Source of the DNA: an uncultured Christensenellaceae bacterium
GTDB taxonomy: Bacteria; Bacillota; Clostridia; Christensenellales; DTU072
NCBI GenBank assembly: GCA_964613035.1
Contig: CAZTFQ010000004.1
Coordinates: 32,818 to 96,817, forward strand
DNA length: 64,000 bases
Reading direction: 5' to 3'
Part shown: positions 26,454 through 35,714 of the stretch, in pieces
How the letters are laid out: each line of letters starts with the position of its first letter
How positions within the stretch are numbered: the stretch's first letter is position 1
Made by a program: the position numbers and the translations under genes
The notes under the pieces: generated by a model
The model's input: the letters and a program-made list of their open reading frames with translations, nothing else
Databases searched by the model: none
What the model was told of the DNA's origin: nothing

Positions 26454-29400
26454 TTATTTTTTACGCTTTTTAGCAATTAATATTGCCGCAGCAACTATAC
26501 TGCCTATCAGCGCCGCGCCCGCTACCGACAATCCTACAATCAATCCGACGTTATCGGAGTCGGAATCCGTGGGGTCGGAGTCGATTGAACCGTTCGGACC
26601 GGCGGGGACGTTAGAACCGCTCGAAGATCCCGTTGCGGGTATTACTCTCGTCTCTTTTGTGCCGCAATCGCAAATTCTTTCCTCTTCGCCGTCGGTGGTT
26701 TCGGTAGCTTCGACTGTCGTATGCCAATCCCCGAATGCGTGTGCCGTCGAGTTAATTTTATCACCGCACGAGCAACCGTCGAAGTGACCGTCGTCGTCAA
26801 AAGACGGTGTATATTCGTGAACGTGTTTTGACATATAAACGTTGACGCTCGTCTCGTCTCTATAAGCTCTCGCATAAAACGGTATTGCCGTAAAAGTAAA
26901 CGGAATTTCGGTTTCTCCGTGAACAATAACGGCAGGGATTTCAAGTGCTTTCACGTTGGTTTTAGAAACCGTTTTGTCGACGACGTTGATTTCCGCATCC
27001 GTAACCAATTGCAATTTCTTGACAACGTTAACACCCAGATACATATTGTCTATACCTTCCGCACAATAAATCATAGCTCCGCGACGGAGATATACTTTAT
27101 CCGCGTTCTCGGTTACGTTTTCGTCGGCTTCGATAATTTGTGGAGTCATATCCGCCTGAATCTTTATACAATCACCGTCACTAAATGTCTCGGATATAAT
27201 CGCATAACCTTTTTCGACTTTATAATTGACAGATCTATTATTAAGAGTGATTGTGGTGTCGTTTGACCAAGAAGGCAGTCTGAGTCTCAGCGAGCGCAGA
27301 TTACCGGCTCCTTCCGTAATGACTATTTGAGCCGTGCCGCCATTAGCCCAGTCGGATGTCTGAGTAAGAGTAACTTTACCGCCCTCTAAATTGATGTTGG
27401 CAACGGATCCGACATATTGATTGACGAAAATTTCATCCGCAGAATAATAATAGAGATACGAGACGAGATTGCCGTAAGTCATTATGTTCATTTTCGTACA
27501 GCACGGAACGGGATGCCAGTCCCAACGCGATTCAGACGTCGAAGAAGGTTGATTTCTATAAAAGAAAGTCTTTCCGTCTTCGCCTACTCCTCCTAGCAAC
27601 GTATTGTACATTTCGAGTTCTACCACGTCGGCAAATTCTGAATCGGCTAAAGCCATTGCCATAGAGTTACAAAAACGCATCATATATCCCGCAGTACAAG
27701 TTTCGCAATACGCGGTATCGTTGGGCAGAACGTAGTCTCCGCCATATGCTTCGTTGACTTCGGTAGCACCTGTTCCGCCGGTTACGTACATTTGCTTGTC
27801 AAAAACGTTGCGAGCCAGAGTATAAGCGGCTTGAGCGTAAGAAACGTCACCGCTTAATCTATACACCTCTGCAAGAGACGTCATATAGCAATTGGCTGAA
27901 CCAGCATGCGCTCCGGTCGGAGATTCTTTTTCGTAATATTTTGCATCGTCGAGCGAATATGCTCCGTAATTTATATTGTTGACACGACCGGTTTTGTCGC
28001 CGTGACTTTTGATAAGATGTTCAGCAAGCATCAGATATCTTGCTTCGTTGATATCGAGATCAACAAGCAATTCATCGCTCTTAACTTCCGGATACTTGAC
28101 AAAGAACTGATACATCGTAGTTAAACCGAGTTGTGCGAAATTATATACGGAAATCATTGAACGGTTCTGATCCATAGAATATCTTGCCGCGCATTCCGCG
28201 AATCTGACCGCCGCGCGCAAAAGATTGGTCTTCCCTGTAGCGAGATAGTATTCTACTCCTGCTTCGCAAAGAGCGCCCATCTGGTCAAGGTCGAACGTGG
28301 TGATTTGTCCGGAATACTTAGACGTGACGCCTGCCACCGGATCGTCGAATCGGCAACCGTCCGTATTGAGAATATTATATATTCCGAAGTATCCGTCATC
28401 CATAGTCTCTGCCGCCGCACAGACTATATCGACGTATCCGTCTATTTGCTTTTGGAATGCCGCATCGGGATATTGTCTGAGCAAACGTTCCGCACCGGCT
28501 ATTACGGTGTAATAGTCTGCCGCATAGAAATCGTTGGTCCCGACATATCCGCCGGTATTACGCTCTCCTGCCGCTATTTTTTTATAATTGGCAAGACCTC
28601 CGTTTTGTTCGTCGTATTGCTCGAGAACGTATTTTGCCGTTACTGTGGCATATTTCGAAAGAATCGGCGACCAAAATTCATCCGTAATCGTCACCTCTCC
28701 TATTTCCGTGTTCTTGAGTTCGTTGTAATTAACAGGCGAATATAAATAATTGATTCTATACATAATAGTTTCTCCGTCAGGCGTGCTTGAAGTTATGAAT
28801 GTCGTACCGGGAATGGTTGTAGCGGCTTCTACTACGACTTCCGTGTCGGGATGAATGCTTTTTGTAGAAACAACCGGGATATCGTCGGTCAGTTCCTGCA
28901 AAATAATATAATAATCAGTTTTTGTCGGCGCGAATCCGACAATTTCCGTATCGTCGATTTTTACGCTCGACAAATAAGGATTCTTCGTCTTGATAGTAGT
29001 CACCAATTCGTCTTGGGACAGACTTCTCGAATATATACTCACTTCGTCTATCAATCCTACGAAAGAACTTTCCCAATCGTAACTTTTGCCGATGCGATTG
29101 AATGCGGTATTCCAGAGGTCTGAAGCGTCATAACCGATATCGTATTCCTCATAAATGAGCGCACCGTCAAGATAGAGTTTGAGAGCATTTTCGTCGAAGG
29201 TCATCGATATCGTCACCCATTCATCGAGAGGCAAGGAAACAGAAGTATCGAAATAGTCATAAGGCTCGTTTCCGTATATACCGAGCGCACTGATTCCGGG
29301 TTCGAATCTTATGGCAAGATCGTCGTTCAAATGTATTCCGCTACAAAAATCTATAAGATGCGTAAACACTGCCGGAGCGGTGTCGGTCTTTATCGTACAA

Positions 29401-30314
29401 TTTACGGTCATCCCCTGATTGCCTAACACGATGGCATAAGGCATTTTAAGATAAGACGTTCCGTCGAATTTAGCGGCTTTTACATCGCCGTCGGACACTT
29501 GTTCTATCGTAGTCTCGAGACCGTCTTCGTCGGTACCGTTGATGATTTCGGCGTCATTATCGTATCCGCTGGAATCTTTACCGAGATTTTCGGCATCGTC
29601 AAAAGTATAATGTACGTAGAGAAAATCGTCCGGAACGAAATCGTTAACCTCGGCAATCTCTCCGTCGGTGAGTACTTTATCGTAAATTCTCAAATCATCC
29701 ATTAAACCGTTGTAGCTGGAACCGCCGTAAGTATCTCCGCCGATATATGCGACCGTCGCGCCGATAGAAGCGGGCGTACCTACGCCGCTTTGCTGTGCGG
29801 CTAACTGTCCGTTAACGTATATTTTCATATATCCGTTGCCGAACGTAAAAGCCACGTGATGCCAGCGACAAGACTGAGCTACCGCATTACCGACTTCCGG
29901 ACCGTTATTATTGGATTTAGCTTGAAGTGTAGGGAAAAATTTATAACTTTCACTCGCTCCGTGATAAAAACCTTCATACCCCCACCATGCGCGAGGACTG
30001 TTACAAATCAGTTCAAAATCGGCACCGTTGGTTTGGTTTACGAAATAAAACAGAGGAGTGTATTCCGACTGAGCGGCTCTGTCGAATTTTAACCATGCCA
30101 TGATTGTCATTTCTTCGACATCGGCAAGGATTTGCGGAATCCACATATAGCTTTCGCCGTTGAGGTGATTGGTACTGTCGAAATAAGCCGAGCCTTGACC
30201 TCTGACAGAGTCGGAGTTATACGCCATCTTACCTCCGGCGGCGCCGTTATTGTTGTTTCCGCTGACGTCTCTGGCAATATTAGCCGCATCTTCAAAATCA
30301 TAATGCGCTTTCAA
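26454..30314 (-). CDS. Membrane-anchored multidomain GH127 beta-L-arabinofuranosidase-like protein (2x LamG + beta-sandwich + GH127 + C-terminal TM); true start probably 30516 across a frameshift
   Basis: Two LamG repeats (HYDFE..., WHHVAFTF, GLMDDLRIYDKVL; GLIDEVSIYSRSL); GH127 motifs MYVTGGTG, NEAYG, YCETC, TFFYRN, PCC, LRLPSW, RGAMIYCAE; C-terminal hydrophobic helix and KKRKK. Confidence 0.88.
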   Translation of the reverse strand: MKAHYDFEDAANIARDVSGNNNNGAAGGKMAYNSDSVRGQGSAYFDSTNHLNGESYMWIPQILADVEEMTIMAWLKFDRAAQSEYTPLFYFVNQTNGADFELICNSPRAWWGYEGFYHGASESYKFFPTLQAKSNNNGPEVGNAVAQSCRWHHVAFTFGNGYMKIYVNGQLAAQQSGVGTPASIGATVAYIGGDTYGGSSYNGLMDDLRIYDKVLTDGEIAEVNDFVPDDFLYVHYTFDDAENLGKDSSGYDNDAEIINGTDEDGLETTIEQVSDGDVKAAKFDGTSYLKMPYAIVLGNQGMTVNCTIKTDTAPAVFTHLIDFCSGIHLNDDLAIRFEPGISALGIYGNEPYDYFDTSVSLPLDEWVTISMTFDENALKLYLDGALIYEEYDIGYDASDLWNTAFNRIGKSYDWESSFVGLIDEVSIYSRSLSQDELVTTIKTKNPYLSSVKIDDTEIVGFAPTKTDYYIILQELTDDIPVVSTKSIHPDTEVVVEAATTIPGTTFITSSTPDGETIMYRINYLYSPVNYNELKNTEIGEVTITDEFWSPILSKYATVTAKYVLEQYDEQNGGLANYKKIAAGERNTGGYVGTNDFYAADYYTVIAGAERLLRQYPDAAFQKQIDGYVDIVCAAAETMDDGYFGIYNILNTDGCRFDDPVAGVTSKYSGQITTFDLDQMGALCEAGVEYYLATGKTNLLRAAVRFAECAARYSMDQNRSMISVYNFAQLGLTTMYQFFVKYPEVKSDELLVDLDINEARYLMLAEHLIKSHGDKTGRVNNINYGAYSLDDAKYYEKESPTGAHAGSANCYMTSLAEVYRLSGDVSYAQAAYTLARNVFDKQMYVTGGTGATEVNEAYGGDYVLPNDTAYCETCTAGYMMRFCNSMAMALADSEFADVVELEMYNTLLGGVGEDGKTFFYRNQPSSTSESRWDWHPVPCCTKMNIMTYGNLVSYLYYYSADEIFVNQYVGSVANINLEGGKVTLTQTSDWANGGTAQIVITEGAGNLRSLRLRLPSWSNDTTITLNNRSVNYKVEKGYAIISETFSDGDCIKIQADMTPQIIEADENVTENADKVYLRRGAMIYCAEGIDNMYLGVNVVKKLQLVTDAEINVVDKTVSKTNVKALEIPAVIVHGETEIPFTFTAIPFYARAYRDETSVNVYMSKHVHEYTPSFDDDGHFDGCSCGDKINSTAHAFGDWHTTVEATETTDGEEERICDCGTKETRVIPATGSSSGSNVPAGPNGSIDSDPTDSDSDNVGLIVGLSVAGAALIGSIVAAAILIAKKRKK

Positions 30315-30372
30315 ATGTTCTGCCAGCGTGTCGTTGTTCTCCGCGTTTTCGCCTGTATCGGCGCTTTCTGCG

Positions 30373-30516
30373 TTAGCTGTTAAAGTACCCCCCCCCGAAA
30401 ATTTGTTGGGGAAGCCACGGACTTAAAACTGACGCTAACGTTTGTGCAAAAAGTATCGCCACAAGCATTACGGGAATCAGTCTGCTTTTGGAAAGTTTTT
30501 CAAAAAAACTTCTCAT
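30373..30516 (-). CDS. Signal-peptide-encoding 5' segment of the GH127 gene (47 aa in current frame)
   Basis: AAAGGAGG RBS, ATG 30516: MRSFFEKLSKSRLIPVMLVAILFAQTLASVLSPWLPQQIFGGGYFNS*; joins the downstream ORF if the G tract is 8 or 11 long. Confidence 0.75.
   Translation of the reverse strand: MRSFFEKLSKSRLIPVMLVAILFAQTLASVLSPWLPQQIFGGGYFNS
30388..30396 (-). repeat. G9 homopolymer (C9 on plus strand) at the frameshift point
   Basis: gtaCCCCCCCCCgaaa seen directly. Confidence 0.9.
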
Positions 30517-30629
30517 GAATTACCTCCTTTGTTATCGTTTTTTCAAGTATTATAATACCCGACCATTTAATTATAATTTAATTCACACTTAAATTGCAAT
30601 CCCGATTTTCAAAAGTGGCATTCACCGAC

Positions 30630-30659
30630 ATTATACTTCGTAAAATGTCGAAGTATAAT
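30630..30659. repeat. Perfect 11-bp inverted repeat with 8-bp spacer
   Basis: ATTATACTTCG-TAAAATGT-CGAAGTATAAT. Confidence 0.8.
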
Positions 30660-30696
30660 TTTTGGTAAAAGTCCGTATAAGCATAAAAGCATAAAA

Positions 30697-30724
30697 TTAA
30701 AAGCGTGCAATCGCACGCTTTTAA
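30697..30724 (-). terminator. Intrinsic terminator after small ORF / iscSU
   Basis: TTAAAAGCGTGC-AATC-GCACGCTTTTAA perfect 12-bp inverted repeat overlapping the stop codon. Confidence 0.8.
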
Positions 30725-30834
30725 TCAATCCAATTTTTGATTTTGTTTCTCAACTTCGTTTCTTTCGCGACCATTACGGCGGCGGCTATCGCGCCTACGG
30801 TTACTCCGGAAATAAACGATATTTTTTTCATCAT
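30721..30834 (-). CDS. Small single-TM protein (37 aa)
   Basis: Not in ORF track; AGGAGG RBS, MMKKISFISGVTVGAIAAAVMVAKETKLRNKIKNWID*, terminator at stop. Confidence 0.65.
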   Translation of the reverse strand: MMKKISFISGVTVGAIAAAVMVAKETKLRNKIKNWID

Positions 30835-30896
30835 AAGCTTCCTCCTAAAATTATTATGTACAATTCAAGAAAAAGCCTTCAGTAAAAATAAGGGAA

Positions 30897-31274
30897 TTAT
30901 GCGTTTTCCTTTTGTTTGTTTCTATAATCTTCCACCGCAAGAGCTATAGCCTCTTCAGCAAGGACCGAGCAATGAATTTTTTGGGCGGGAAGTCCGCCGA
31001 GTGCTTCGACGACGTCGCTGTTTTTCAATTCCAAAGCTTCTTCGACCGTCTTACCGATAATCATAGACGTGGCTATTGAGGAAGACGCAATTGCCGCGGC
31101 GCAACCGAAAGTACGGAACTTGGCATCGGTCACGATATTGTTTTCGATTTTTAACTGGACTTCCATAATATCGCCGCATTTGGCATTACCCACTCTTCCG
31201 ACACCGGAAGGGTTTTCTATTTCACCGATATTTTGAGGATTTTTGAAGATTTCAAACACTTTTTCGTTATACAT
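30897..31274 (-). CDS. iscU: Fe-S cluster scaffold IscU/NifU
   Basis: NPQNIG, CGDIM, FRTFGCAAAIAS, LPAQKIHCSVLA. Confidence 0.95.
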   Translation of the reverse strand: MYNEKVFEIFKNPQNIGEIENPSGVGRVGNAKCGDIMEVQLKIENNIVTDAKFRTFGCAAAIASSSIATSMIIGKTVEEALELKNSDVVEALGGLPAQKIHCSVLAEEAIALAVEDYRNKQKENA

Positions 31275-32451
31275 ATTCGCCTATTCCTTTTTCTTCATCC
31301 CACAACGGAGACAATTTTCTTAATTTCTTAATAATATCCTTAAGAGTATCCACCGTATAATCTATATCTTCTTTTGTGGTCTCTCTTCCTAAGGAAAACC
31401 TTATAGAGCTGTGAGCCTGTTCTATCGATACTCCCAGTGCCAAGACTACGTGCGAAGGATCCAATGATCCCGAAGAGCACGCCGAACCGCTGGATACCGC
31501 TATCCCTGCCGAGTCCAATAAAAATAATATACTCTCTCCCTCGATATAGTCAAACGAAATGTTGGCATTACTGGGAAGACGTTTTTCTCTTCCGCCGTTA
31601 AGATGACTGAACGGTATCTCGGACAAAACTCTATCGATAAAGTAATTTCTTAAAGACGTTACTCTTTCCGTATACTCGGGTCTGTCCGCAACGGTCATTT
31701 TCAATGCCTCCGCCATACCTACTATCGCGGGAGTGTTAGTAGTACCGGCACGTTGTTTTCTTTCTTGATGACCGCCTTCGATCTGGCGTCTGGGTCTTAT
31801 TCCGCTACGGATATATAAGAATCCGATTCCCTTAGGACCGTGGAATTTATGAGCGGAAACAGATAGCATATCGATATTGTCTCTATTGACGTCGATATCG
31901 AGCGTACCGATGGCCTGAACGGCATCCGTGTGGAAGAAAATGCCTTGCTCCTTACATATCGCTCCGATTTCTTTTATAGGCTGAATAGCACCTATTTCGT
32001 TGTTTGCAGTCATTACGGAGACTAATATCGTATCTTCTCTTATTGCTTTTTTCAATTCATCCAGGTCTACTATACCGTCGGAATCGACTCCGAGATACGT
32101 TATTTCAAAACCTTTTTTTGCAAGTTCTGCACAAGTCTCCAGAATAGCATGGTGCTCTATCTTGGTAGTGATGATATGCTTGCCCAAATTTCCGTAAGAT
32201 TCCGCAATACCTTTTAATGCCCAGTTATCGCTTTCCGTTCCGCCGGAAGTGAAGTATATCTCCGAAGGTTGAGCCCCTATTAACTCGGCAATCTCGTCAC
32301 GAGCTTTATCGACAGCCTTAAGCGCCTCTCTCCCGAATGAATGTAAAGAACTGGCATTGCCGTATATTTCCGAAAAATACGGAGTCATTTTTTCAAGAAC
32401 TTTTTTGTCTAAAGCGGTCGTTGCCGCATTATCTAAATAAACCCTTTTCAT
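31267..32451 (-). CDS. iscS: Cysteine desulfurase IscS/NifS
   Basis: [45 protein letters not shown]. Confidence 0.96.
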   Translation of the reverse strand: MKRVYLDNAATTALDKKVLEKMTPYFSEIYGNASSLHSFGREALKAVDKARDEIAELIGAQPSEIYFTSGGTESDNWALKGIAESYGNLGKHIITTKIEHHAILETCAELAKKGFEITYLGVDSDGIVDLDELKKAIREDTILVSVMTANNEIGAIQPIKEIGAICKEQGIFFHTDAVQAIGTLDIDVNRDNIDMLSVSAHKFHGPKGIGFLYIRSGIRPRRQIEGGHQERKQRAGTTNTPAIVGMAEALKMTVADRPEYTERVTSLRNYFIDRVLSEIPFSHLNGGREKRLPSNANISFDYIEGESILFLLDSAGIAVSSGSACSSGSLDPSHVVLALGVSIEQAHSSIRFSLGRETTKEDIDYTVDTLKDIIKKLRKLSPLWDEEKGIGEYV

Positions 32452-33704
32452 TGTAATATAAAATCCTCTTTATATAGAGGGAATTCCTCTGTCAATTTTT
32501 TGATTTTAGATTGAATTTCGCTACGTTTTTCTTCAAAATCGAATATAGCGTCGGCTATACATTCTCCGATAACGTCCATTTCTTTCACTCCCATTCCTCT
32601 TGTCGTCACCGCAGGAGTACCTATGCGGAGACCGTTGGGGTCGAAAGGAGAAGCATCGTCGAACGGAATAGTATTTTTATTGGTAGTGATATTAACTTCA
32701 TCGAGTCTGTTTTCTAAAGTTTTTCCGCTCACGCCCGTGCCTCTTAAATCGATAAGCATCAAGTGATTGTCGGTACCGTCGGAGAACAATTTAACGCCTC
32801 TCTTTTTCAGCGCCTCCGCGAGAGCTTTAGCATTATCGACTATTGCGGTTTGATATATCTTGAATTCGGGCGACAACGCCTCTTTCAAAGCAACCGCCTT
32901 GGCTGCGATTATATGCATGAGCGGTCCGCCCTGAGTACCGGGGAATACTCCCTTTGCAAGTGCTTTGGCGTATTTTTCCTTAGCTATTATCAATCCGCCG
33001 CGCGCGCCTCTCAACGTCTTGTGAGTAGTGGTAGTCACTACGTCTGCATACGGGACGGGATTCTCGTGAAGTCCTGCCGCGACGAGTCCCGCTATGTGTG
33101 CCATATCGACCATTAAAATGGCACCGACTTCGTCGGCAATTCTTCTGAATTCCTTAAAATCTATTTTTCGAGGATATGCGGAAGCTCCTGCGATAATCAT
33201 TTGGGGACGCTCTTCTTTTGCTATTCTCTCAACTTCTTTATAATCGATGTATCCGGTCTTTTCGTCGACGCCGTACGCCACTACTCTGAAATAACTCCCT
33301 GACATGGATGCGGGACTTCCGTGAGTAAGATGACCTCCGTGCGAAAGATTCATTCCCATAATGGTGTCGCCGGGTTTTAATAACGAATAATAAACTTCTA
33401 TGTTGGCACTGGAACCGGAATGAGGCTGAACGTTAATATATTCTCCGCCGAACAATTGTCTTACTCTGTCTATCGCGATATTCTCTACTTTATCGACATA
33501 TTGACACCCGCCGTAATATCTTCTACCGGGGTATCCTTCGGCATATTTATTGGTAAGATGCGAGCCTGCCGCGGTCATAACCGCAGGACTTACGAAGTTC
33601 TCGCTGGCAATCAACTCGACGTTGTTCTGCTGACGTCTAAGTTCTTCTACCATGGCGTTAAAAATATCTTCGTCTTCTCTTTTCAGAATTCCCAGATCTA
33701 TCAT
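32448..33704 (-). CDS. glyA: Serine hydroxymethyltransferase
   Basis: [39 protein letters not shown]. Confidence 0.98.
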   Translation of the reverse strand: MIDLGILKREDEDIFNAMVEELRRQQNNVELIASENFVSPAVMTAAGSHLTNKYAEGYPGRRYYGGCQYVDKVENIAIDRVRQLFGGEYINVQPHSGSSANIEVYYSLLKPGDTIMGMNLSHGGHLTHGSPASMSGSYFRVVAYGVDEKTGYIDYKEVERIAKEERPQMIIAGASAYPRKIDFKEFRRIADEVGAILMVDMAHIAGLVAAGLHENPVPYADVVTTTTHKTLRGARGGLIIAKEKYAKALAKGVFPGTQGGPLMHIIAAKAVALKEALSPEFKIYQTAIVDNAKALAEALKKRGVKLFSDGTDNHLMLIDLRGTGVSGKTLENRLDEVNITTNKNTIPFDDASPFDPNGLRIGTPAVTTRGMGVKEMDVIGECIADAIFDFEEKRSEIQSKIKKLTEEFPLYKEDFILQ

Positions 33705-33728
33705 AACTTCTCCTCTGTAAACCGATTC

Positions 33729-34052
33729 TTAAATCAATGATTTAATTATATCAACCAGCGCGTCTTTCGACAAGTATCCCGTGTGCGTTTTTATAATTTT
33801 TCCGCTTTTATAAAACAACAACGTAGGAATAGTCATTACGTTGAGCTTTACCGCGACATCTTCGGATTCGTCTACGTCGAGCTTTGCAAACCTCACCGTC
33901 GAGCCCAATTCTTCCGCCGCTTCTTCGAAATTGGGGGCAAGCATTCTGCAAGGACCGCACCAATTTGCCCAAAAATCCACCACGGTCAACTCGTCCGCAG
34001 AAACGTATTCGTCATATGAATCTTGATTGAGATGCTTAATATACTCACTCAT
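33729..34052 (-). CDS. trxA: Thioredoxin
   Basis: DFWANWCGPC, TIPT; RBS spacing favours ATG 34052. Confidence 0.95.
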   Translation of the reverse strand: MSEYIKHLNQDSYDEYVSADELTVVDFWANWCGPCRMLAPNFEEAAEELGSTVRFAKLDVDESEDVAVKLNVMTIPTLLFYKSGKIIKTHTGYLSKDALVDIIKSLI

Positions 34053-34467
34053 TTTCATTCTCCTTTTTCGTTATTATTGCCGTCATTTTCGGCATATATT
34101 CCGTTCTTTTTCTAAGTTTTCGATCAATTAACGCGATGATAATCTCCGAGAGAATTAGCGCCCCCATCGATATGCCGAATGCCATATAGACATTGTATCG
34201 ATACGTTAATCCGAGCGCAATCGCAACTAAAACGACCGGTATGAGATACGCTATCAAAGACGCCGTTACCACAACGTTTCCAGCCATCGTTACTTCAACT
34301 CTGTCTCCTTGCTCCGCATTAAGTACGTTATCTATAACAATATCGACGTAAGGTTCGTTTTTATGTTTAACGCAAGCGTTGCAATGTTCGCAAGCCTCTC
34401 GACGAGGGAAACGTACCGTAGCGCGGTTTTTCTTGTCGATTTTGACAATCTCGCCGACTTCTATCAT
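34045..34467 (-). CDS. RseC/MucC family membrane protein
   Basis: ACEHCNAC, N...A..GD.V, AYLIP plus two TM helices. Confidence 0.82.
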   Translation of the reverse strand: MIEVGEIVKIDKKNRATVRFPRREACEHCNACVKHKNEPYVDIVIDNVLNAEQGDRVEVTMAGNVVVTASLIAYLIPVVLVAIALGLTYRYNVYMAFGISMGALILSEIIIALIDRKLRKRTEYMPKMTAIITKKENENE

Positions 34468-35705
34468 TTGAGATTATTTTTGATATCGTCAATATTGCAT
34501 TCCGTTATATCGGCATCCGACATTCTCTTAATACGGACAATATTATCCGATAACTCCGACTCGCCCAATACGACAACATATTTGAAGCCGCGTTTATCGG
34601 CATATTTCATTTGAGCCTTAACGCTACGTTGCATTATATCGGTCTCTGCCGACACGCCTTCAGATCTCAATTTTTCGGTAAGCCGCACCGCTTCTTTACC
34701 GACGCCCGCATTGACGATATACAGAGACGGCACTTCCGCATCGCCTAAAGTTATTCCTTGAGCCTCTGCCAGCAACGTCAGTCTCTCTATTCCCATTCCG
34801 AAGCCTACCGCCGGCGTCTTGGCTCCGCCGATGGAAGCGACCAGATTATTATATCTACCGCCGCCGCATACGGTACCTTGCGCTCCTATCGTATCGGTTA
34901 TGAATTCGAATACGGTACCCGTATAATAATCCAAACCTCTCACTATTCTGTCATCTACGATGTAATCGATATCCGAGACGCTTAACAATTCTTTTAGCAA
35001 CTCGAAGTGAGCTTTACAATCGTCGCACAAATAATCCAGCACGCTCGGAACGTCCTTGATGATTTCTTTACAAGAATCGTTTTTGCAATCGAGTATTCTG
35101 AGCGGATTTTTCTCCAGTCTTTCCTTACAGGTATCGCACAAGTCGTCTTTTCTTGCCGTAAAATATGCTTTGAGCGCTTCGTTGTAATCTGCACGACATT
35201 TTTCGCAACCGATGCTGTTGATATGCAGGCTAAGTCTTTTTATCCCTACCGCGTCGAACAAGGCTTTTGCGGTCAAAATAACTTCTGCGTCGGCATAAGC
35301 GGAACCGCTTCCGTAGACTTCCACGCCGAATTGGTGATGTTCTCTCAGTCTCCCGGCCTGAGGCTTCTCATAACGAAACACGGGGGTAATGTAATACATC
35401 TTAAGAGGACTTACGTCACTCGCCAATCCGTTTTCTATGAACATCCTCGCAACTCCGGCGGTTCCTTCGGGTTTAAGCGTCATAGACCGACCGCCTTTAT
35501 CGTTAAAGGTGTACATTTCCTTATTGACGATATCGGTAGTTTCGCCTACACCTCTGTCAAACAATTCCGTGGATTCAAACGTCGGTGTTCTTACCTCTCT
35601 GAATCCTCTGTCGGAAGTTACTTTACGAATTTTTTCTTCAATAAAATGCCATTTGGTCGCCTCGGACGGCAATACGTCTTTTGTTCCTTTTGGAATATTT
35701 ATCAT
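34464..35705 (-). CDS. hisS: Histidine--tRNA ligase
   Basis: PKGTKD, KEMY, PEGTA, FRYEKPQAGRLREHHQ, RGLDYYTG, GGGRY. Confidence 0.98.
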   Translation of the reverse strand: MINIPKGTKDVLPSEATKWHFIEEKIRKVTSDRGFREVRTPTFESTELFDRGVGETTDIVNKEMYTFNDKGGRSMTLKPEGTAGVARMFIENGLASDVSPLKMYYITPVFRYEKPQAGRLREHHQFGVEVYGSGSAYADAEVILTAKALFDAVGIKRLSLHINSIGCEKCRADYNEALKAYFTARKDDLCDTCKERLEKNPLRILDCKNDSCKEIIKDVPSVLDYLCDDCKAHFELLKELLSVSDIDYIVDDRIVRGLDYYTGTVFEFITDTIGAQGTVCGGGRYNNLVASIGGAKTPAVGFGMGIERLTLLAEAQGITLGDAEVPSLYIVNAGVGKEAVRLTEKLRSEGVSAETDIMQRSVKAQMKYADKRGFKYVVVLGESELSDNIVRIKRMSDADITECNIDDIKNNLK

Positions 35706-35714
35706 AACGCCTCT

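Noticed and set aside
30502-30508. T7 run (minus strand) near the start of the GH127 signal peptide as an alternative slippage site
   Set aside because: The frame from the ATG through the hydrophobic core is intact and the downstream frame has a TAA shortly upstream of the G tract, so a shift at the T7 run cannot restore the protein
30635-30662. Resemblance of ACTTCGTAAAA-TGTCGA to the XerC arm of dif sites and to loxP arms
   Set aside because: No XerD-like TTATGTTAAAT arm, no lox geometry, no recombinase nearby and no switch in gene strand bias; kept only as an unexplained inverted repeat
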